53,796 nucleotides of DNA from Dimorphilus gyrociliatus (taxonomy: Eukaryota; Animalia; Annelida), in assembly GCA_904063045.1 (NCBI GenBank), contig CAJFCJ010000112.1:17203-70998 (forward strand). The letters run 5' to 3'. Position numbers and translations under genes: made by a program. Of this stretch, positions 45,907-53,796 are shown one piece after another. Within the stretch, counting starts at the first letter, position 1. Every line of letters starts with the position of its first letter. The notes under the pieces are model-generated. The model was not told the DNA's origin, did not search any database, and was given only the letters and a program-made list of their open reading frames with translations.

Positions 45907-48900
45907 ATGGACTCTATGCATCAGCTATGTTTTAATTATTATAATGAAAAACTACTGATGTTATTAAACCAAACCTTTACATTTGAACAATTTGCCATAC
46001 ATTTAGTTTCAAAACAAATTATAAAAAAAGACTTTAGAGACATTCTGGAAATTCAGTATAAAACACACAAACATGCAGCTATTGAAGAGCTACTCAAAAT
46101 ACTAAATGCCTGTAAGTTAATAGATATTATTGAAATTTTACAAGAAATGGATGACTTGAGCAAAGAATTGGCAAAAAACTTAAGTGATCCAGAATTTGTG
46201 TGGAAAAGGTTAATCTGTGATACAAAAGAAGAAAGAAGAAAAGATTTCACAACAATTAAACTTTTACCATTTGGTGAAACTAAAGAAGCTAAACTTGCTG
46301 ATATTGTTACATCTATCAAAATATCAGAAATCATTCAAAAAGACATCATTGACTCACAACTTATTGATACTGAAATTGATTATGAAAATTTCTATGAAAT
46401 TTTTTATACAGATTTCAATAAGGTTTTAATTCAAGGAGAGCCTGGAATAGGAAAAAGTGTTCATATGAAAAATTTAATTCATAAGTGGGCAAATGAAAGA
46501 TGGAACATTGATCATGAAAAATTATGTATATTCATTATGCTCAGAAATGTTCAAAAAAACACAACAATTTATGAAGAGATATACCAACAAAATTTCAAAA
46601 ATATTGATTATATAAATGAGCATATTATTAAATCTTTTTTTAAAGAAAAGAAAAAAGACATCATATTATTACTAGATGGAGCAGATGAGTTTCATCTTCC
46701 AACACATAAATTTAATGATATAATCAATGGAGCAAATTGCAATATTCCAACTGCCATTTGGGCAAGAAAATGGAAAGGTAAACAAATTATAACTACTTGT
46801 GACCTTGCATTTGAATTAACAGGTTGGAATAAAAGCCAAATGAAAACTTTTTTTATAAAATGTTTTTATACTGATACTAATAATGTGGCCAATGAATTTA
46901 TTGAAAGAGTTGTCAAGAAATATCCAAAGATACAATGTCTCTGTAAAGTACCACTTCTAGCAATGATTCTTTTTTATATTTGGAAAGAGAAAGGGAATAT
47001 TTTTAACAAATCTCCTTTTCAAATATATGAAGATTTTGTTAGTATAGTACAAGACAAAAATCTAGAGACCATAAACAAAAGTGATTCAAACATAGATAAT
47101 ATATACAAGTTATGTTTCATTAATCTTTCAAAAAGTAAAATCATACTTGACTCTTATTTAGACAAAGAGAAAAAAATTAAAAATTGTCTTAAAGGATTAA
47201 TTGATGTCATTCCTACTGAAAACAAGAAAAAAGAGTTACAACTCTATCATTTATCATTTCAAGAATATTTTGCAGCTAAATATCTGATAAAAGAGTTTGA
47301 GAAGAAACCCAAAGAAACAATTTGGACATGGACAACTTCATTGAATGATGAAAAAACTTTGGATGAATTATTTAAAGAAAATAACAATATAAATATATAT
47401 AATACTTTAGATTTTGTTAAACAATATTCTCAACCAATATTTCAAAATATTCTACTCTCATCTCAAATTGCACAACAAATGTTTGATTGTAGTGAAAATG
47501 TACAAAATTATTTATCAAATGGTTTAGAAAGCAACCAAAAGATTTATTTAACTAATGAACATTTAAATGATACTATAGTTACCCTTTTATTAGAAAGCAG
47601 AGGGAGTGGTTTATTGGATATTTACATTTACAAGACCAAAATAAATATTAGTTTTCTTCTGAAACAACTTGCACAATACTCCCCATTCCTAACAAACATT
47701 AAAATAGAGAATACAGATTTTCATTTTTCCTATGAAATGATATTTAAAGAACTGCTGGCATTGATAACATCAACTAATATTACATATTTGAATGTACATA
47801 ATATTAAAGTTTTGATCAAAAAAAAGAATTATGGTAAAAGTGGTATACTATCAAAAATGCAAATTGAGAAATTAGAAATTTCTAGTAATAAATACCAAAC
47901 CAATTGGTTGATTCAAGTGACATTTGGAAATAATCAATTAACAAATTTAACTGATATATCATACAATTCAGAAATATTTTACAAAGAGGCATCACTAAAA
48001 TATATTGAAAGACACAATAATCTGAGTGATATTATTCTGAAAAACAAAATACTCTCTGCAATTCATTTGGACAAATTTTTTAATGTTTTAAAATTTAAAA
48101 GGGAGAATTACAAGTTTAAAAAATTGGTAATACAAGATAGCTCAATAATAAATCTCACAAACAAATTCTTTTTGGACTATTACAGTTATATATCCAAAGA
48201 TTTAAAAGTCCATTCATATTTTGATAATAACTCAACATCAAATGTTATTCAGATTAAAGCTTTCAGTAATGAAAAACTGCAAGTTTCTTTCAATGCCACA
48301 GGAGCAAAACAGACAGTTGATGAAACTGGGATTGCCAACTTGAACAAAAACACCTTGGAGTGCTTAAAATGGGCATTGAAAAAAAAATTTGTTACCATGT
48401 GTCATTTTCCAGTAGAGTTATATAATATAAAAAATATTGCAGATTATGAAGAAACATTAAATGATGTTTTTGAAATATTGTGCCAAACAATGGAGATATT
48501 TAATATTAAATCTTACACCAACTTTGAAAAACAGCAAAGAACTCTGCCTGAACTTCTAGGAAAATGTACCAAAATGAAAACTTTAATATTTGAAAGTTAT
48601 AAAAAAGCTCATACATATTTTAATTTTGACTCATTTAAACATACATTAAGCCATATTGTGATTGTGGATTGTAACTTAAATAGTCAAAATTCAAACATAT
48701 TAGGTAAACACTTAAAAAAATGTGCATCATTAAAATATGTTAACCTATCAAAAAACAACCACATGGGAAACAGTTTTAAAGACATATGCGATGGACTTAA
48801 ATCTTCTTTAAACTCTATCAAAACAATTAAACTTCATGGGTGTGATTTGGATGATGCCCAAGCTAAATATTTAGGACAAACATTTAAACACTGTTCAGCA

Positions 48901-51900
48901 TTGGAGGATGTTGATTTCACATTTAATAAAAACATGGGGAATGGCTTTAAAGGGATATGTGATGGACTCAAATCTTCTTCAAGGTCTATAAAAACAATTA
49001 AACTTCATGGGTGTTATTTGACTGATGAACAAGCTCAAAGTTTAGGAGAAACATTTAAACACTGTTCAGCTTTGAAGGATGTTGATTTCACATTTAATAA
49101 AAACATGGGGAATGGCTTTAAAGGGATATGTGACGGACTCAAATCTTCTTCAATGTCTATGAAAACAATTAGACTTTATGGGTGTTATTTGAATGATGAA
49201 CAAGCTCAAAGTTTAGGAGAAACATTTAAACACTGTTCAGCATTGGAGAATGTTGATTTCTCAGAGAATAGTAACATGGGGAATGGCTTTAAAGGTATAT
49301 GTGATGGGCTCAAATCTTCTTTATTCTCATTGAAAACACTTAATCTTTTTAGGTGTGATTTGAATGATGAACAAGCTCAAAGTTTAGGAGAAACATTTAA
49401 ACACTGTTCAGCATTGGAGAATGTTGATTTCTCAGAGAATAGTAACATGGGGAATGGCTTTAAAGGTATATGTGATGGGCTCAAATCTTCTTTATTCTCA
49501 TTGAAAACACTTAATCTTTTTAGGTGTGATTTGAATGATGAACAAGCTCAAAGTTTAGGAGAAACATTTAAATACTGTTCAGCATTGCAGAATGTTAATT
49601 TCTCATTGAATAAAAACATGGGAAATGGCTTTAAAGTGATATGTGTTGGACTCACATCTTCTTCAATGTCTATGAAAACAATTATACTTCATAGGTGTGA
49701 TTTGAATGATGAACAAGCTCAAAGTTTAGGAGAAACATTTAAACACTGTTCAGCATTGGAGAATGTTGATTTCTCATGTAATAGAAAGATGCGGAATGGC
49801 TTTAAAGGATATGTGATGGCTCAATCTTCTTCAATGTCTATGAAAACAATTAACTTATGGTGTGATTTGAATGATGAACAAGCTCAAAGTTTAGGAGAAA
49901 CATTTAACCACTGTTCAGCATTGGAGAATGTTGATTTCTCAGAGAATAGTAACATGGGGAATGGCTTTAAAGGGATATGTGATGGGCTCAAATCTTCTTC
50001 AATGTCAATGAAAACAATTAAACTTGGTGAGTGTGATTTGAATGATGAACAAGCTCAAAGTTTAGGAGAAACATTTAAAGACTGTTCAGCATTGGAGAAT
50101 GTTGATTTCTCATGGAATAGTAAGATGGGAATGGCTTTAAAGTGATATGTGATGGGCTCAAATCTTCTTCAATGTCTATGAAAACAATTAAACTTGGTGG
50201 TGTGATTTGAATGATGAACAAGCTCAAAGTTTAGGAGAAACATTTAAACACTGTTCAGCATTGGAGAATGTTGATTTCTCAGAGAATAGTAACATGGGGA
50301 ATGGCTTTAAAGGGATATGTGATGGGCTCAAATCTTCTTCAATGTCTATGAAAACAATTACAGTTGTTGAGTGTGATTTGAATGATGAACAAGCTCAAAG
50401 TTTAGGAGAAACATTTAAACACTGTTCAGCATTGGAGAATGTTGATTTCTCATGGAATAGTAACATGGGAAATGGCTTTAAAGGTATATGTGATGGGCTC
50501 AAATCTTCTTCAATGTCTATGAAAACAATTAAACTTGTGAGTGTGATTTGAATGATGAACAAGCTCAAAGTATAGGAGAAACATTTAAACACTGTTCAGA
50601 ATTGGAGAATGTTGATTTGTCATTGAATAAAAACATGGGGAATGGCTTTAAAGGGATATGTGATGGGCTCAAATCTTCTTCAATGTCTATGAAAACAATT
50701 AATCTTCATGGGTGTTATTTGAATGATGAACAAGCTCAAAGTTTAGGAGAAACATTTAAACACTGTTCAGCATTGGAGGATGTTGATTTCACATTTAATA
50801 AAAACATGGGGAATGGCTTTAAAGGATATGTGATGGACTCAAATCTTCTTAATGTCTATGAAAACAATTAATCTTTATGGGTGATTTGATGATGAACAAG
50901 CTCAAAGTTTAGGAGAAACATTTAAACACTGTTCAGCATTGGAGAATGTTGATTCTCAAGAATAGTAAATGGGGAATGGCTTTAAAGTATATTGATGGGC
51001 TCAATCTTCTTATGTCTATGAAAACATTAACTTTTGGTGTGATTTGAATGATGAACAAGCTCAAAGTTTAGGAGAAACATTTAAACACTGTTCAGCATTG
51101 GAGAATGTTATTTTCAGATAATAAACATGGGAATGGCTTTAAAGGATATGTGATGGGACTCAAATCTTCTTCAATTCTATGAAAACAATTAATCTTTTAG
51201 GTGTGATTTGAATGATGAACAAGCTCAAAGTTTAGGAGAAACATTTAAACACTGTTCAGCATTGGAGAATGTTGATTTCTCAGAAATAGAAAATGGGAAT
51301 GGCTTTAAAGGATATGTGATGGGCTCAAATCTTCTTCAATGTCTATGAAACAATTAACTTTTGAGGTGTATTTGAATGATGAACAAGCTCAAAGTTTAGG
51401 AAAACATTTAAACACTGTTCAGCATTGGAGAATGTTGATTTCTCATGTAATAGAAAGATGCGGAATGGCTTTAAAGTGATATGTGATGGGCTCAAATCTT
51501 CTTCAATGTCTATGAAAACAATTAATCTTGGTGGTGTGATTTGAATGATGAACAAGCTCAAAGTTTAGGAGAAACATTTAAACACTGTTCAGCATTGGAG
51601 AATGTTGATTTCTCATGGAATAGTAACATGGGAAATGGCTTTAAAGGTATATGTGATGGGCTCAAATCTTCTTCAATGTCGATGAAAACAGTTAAACTTC
51701 ATAGGTGTTATTTGAATGATGAACAAGCTCAAAGTTTAGGAGAAACATTTAAATACTGTTCAGCATTGGAGAATGTTGATTTGTCAGGGAATAGAAACAT
51801 GGGAAATGGCTTTAAAGGGATATGTGATGGGCTCAAATCTTCTTTAATGTCTATGAAAACAATTAATCTTTGTAGGTGTGATTTGAATGATGAACAAGCT

Positions 51901-52715
51901 CAAAGTTTAGGAGAAACATTTAAACACTGTTCAGCATTGGAGAATGTTGATTTCTCAGGGAATAGTAACATGGGGAATGGCTTTAAAGGTATATGTGATG
52001 GACTCAAATCTTCTTCAATGTCTATGAAAACAATTAAACTTGATGGGTGTCATTTGAATGATGAACAAGCTCAAAGTTTAGGAGAAACATTTAAACACTG
52101 TTCAGCATTGGAGAATGTTGATTTCTCATGGAATAGGGAGATGGGGAATGGCTTTAAAGGTATATGTGTTGGACTCAAATCTTCTTCAATGTCTATGAAA
52201 ACAATTAAACTTCATGGGTGTTATTTGAATGATGAACAAGCTCAAAGTTTAGGAGAAACATTTAAACACTGTTCAGCATTGGAGGATGTTGATTTCAGAT
52301 TGAATGAAAACATGGGGAATAGCTTTAAAAGGATATGTGATGGGCTCAAATCTTCTTCAATGTCTATGAAAACAATTAATCTTGGTTGGTGTTATTTGAA
52401 TGATGAACAAGCTCAAAGTTTAGGAGAAACATTGAAACACTGTTCAGCATTGGAGAATGTTGATTTCTCATGGAATAGTAACATGGGGAATGGCTTTAAT
52501 GGGATATGTGATGGACTCAAATCTTCTTCAATGTCTATGAAAACAATTACAGTTGTTGAGTTATTTGAATGATGAACAAGCTCAAAGTTTAGGAGAAACA
52601 TTTAAACACTGTTCAGCATTGGAGAATGTTGATTTCTCATATAATAGAAGATAGGAATGGCTTTAAAGTGATATGTGTTGGACTCGAGTTGGGGTGCGAA
52701 CGTACCTGGGTGTGA
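45907..52715 (+). CDS. NLR copy A: death-fold-like N-terminus, NACHT, ~22-23 RI-type LRR units (open to 50145, then indel-broken; ends in the MULE TIR)
   Basis: 1412-aa ORF with Walker A LIQGEPGIGKS, Walker B IILLLDGADE, CKVPLL and the winged-helix motif YHLSFQEYFAAKYL. 57-aa LRR units run from ~48790 to 52685. The ~95-aa helical N-terminus is called death-fold by position and pattern only. Confidence 0.9.
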
Positions 52716-53796
52716 ACGTACCCGGGTGCGAACGTACCCTGGGCGGGTGCGAACGTACCTGGGTACGTTCGCACCCTATTTTTATATTTATTTTATTTTT
52801 GAATTTTTGAATAAAAGATTTAGCTATAAATCTAAAAGTAATGTATTTAAAAGACTAAATATTATACTAAAAAACAATAAAGCTTGACAAATGATATTTA
52901 TGCTGGAGAGTAGATATGGGATGTCGCATTAATAGATCAATTGATGTCAATTTGTTCAACTTGAAATCATCCATAAATCAAAAATTTTCTTTTGGATGTC
53001 AATATACTTTTTCTTTTGATGTTTGTAAATCCTTTTTTCTGACAGTAATTTCTCATAAACTGCAATCATCAGACTCTTTTTTTAGCTCATCAACCAGCAT
53101 GTAAAAAGAACCTTTAGCAGGCAGCTTACTATTCATTCTTTGATGCCATCCTTCACAATCATTATTGGTCCTAATAGACAAACCAAAAACTGACAGTTAT
53201 TTGGTTTCCATAATTTATTTTTGATCCAGTTTGTTTGGAAGTATTGCAGCAGGTCCAAAAATCTATTTTTTTCACAAAGTTCTGCATTTATGCTGTCAAA
53301 TGTTGGTTGAATAATATGTGCTGGCAAGAATGGCAGAGCCATCAATTTTCTGAAATCTTTCCAATCATTTCCTTTTTCTTTGTATTTCTTTACATAGCCA
53401 AGAGCCTATTCAATAATTAAGTTATTTAATAGATAATGTTATATATATTTGAATGTAACTGACTTGTATTTTCCTGTATACTGCTTGTGTGAATGAAATA
53501 CACACCTTGAAATTCAGTGAGGGGATATACTTTTGATAATGCTTTCCATAGTCCTTTTTCAAAATCCATTGTAATTCTTTTTGGATGAAAATCATTGATA
53601 AGATTGTTGATATGCTACAAAAAGCAACTTTATTTATCATCACTTTTGAAGAGATATATGAAATATTTACTTGAAATGCTTGTAATATGCTTGTATGCTT
53701 TGAGTCAGAAAATAAAACAAGAGGACTTGCTTCATATCACCACTCTTCTTAACAAATGAGTGAATAGTGACAAGTTGATAAAATGGTTCTTTTACA
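52686..53796 (-). mobile_element. Third near-identical copy of MULE-1 (3' TIR end; continues past the window)
   Basis: Matches 6731-~7860 apart from single-base indels; joined to the LRR at the same nucleotide (GTTGGACTC|GAGTTGGGG) as the 19721 copy. Confidence 0.93.

Noticed and set aside
50146-51540. Programmed frameshifting or true pseudogenisation in the NLR LRR array
   Set aside because: Dense single-base deletions, many in homopolymers, also affect the adjacent MULE copies relative to the intact one. This looks like low-coverage long-read error and cannot be interpreted without raw reads.

Overview
AT-rich eukaryotic DNA, most likely an invertebrate animal (inferred from ~57-nt GT-AG introns, NLR/TRIM/C1q/TIR genes and animal-type FLYWCH-MULE and Tc1 transposons). 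The window is an innate-immune gene cluster saturated with DNA transposons. It holds (i) an intronless RING-B-box-coiled-coil gene fused to ~16 ribonuclease-inhibitor-type 57-aa LRR units, (ii) an orphan inverted copy of that LRR array with a different unit order, (iii) two inverted paralogous NLR genes (death-fold-like N-terminus, NACHT, ~22 LRR units) whose LRR units vary mainly at the beta-strand positions, (iv) a head-to-head pair of secreted triple-gC1q genes, and (v) an ARM-TIR-SAM pseudogene. One apparently intact PHD-FLYWCH-DDE Mutator element has near-identical copies that end all three LRR genes and supply their stop codons. Also present: a 5'-truncated, intronless bacterial-type GT4 glycosyltransferase between host repeats, a decayed rhabdovirus-G-like (class III fusogen) fragment, a Tc1-HTH/LRR chimera and two adjacent Tc1 elements. 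A 719-N gap, dense homopolymer indels and several inverted duplications mean some structures could be assembly or amplification artefacts. All domain calls come from reading motifs by eye; no database searches were run.
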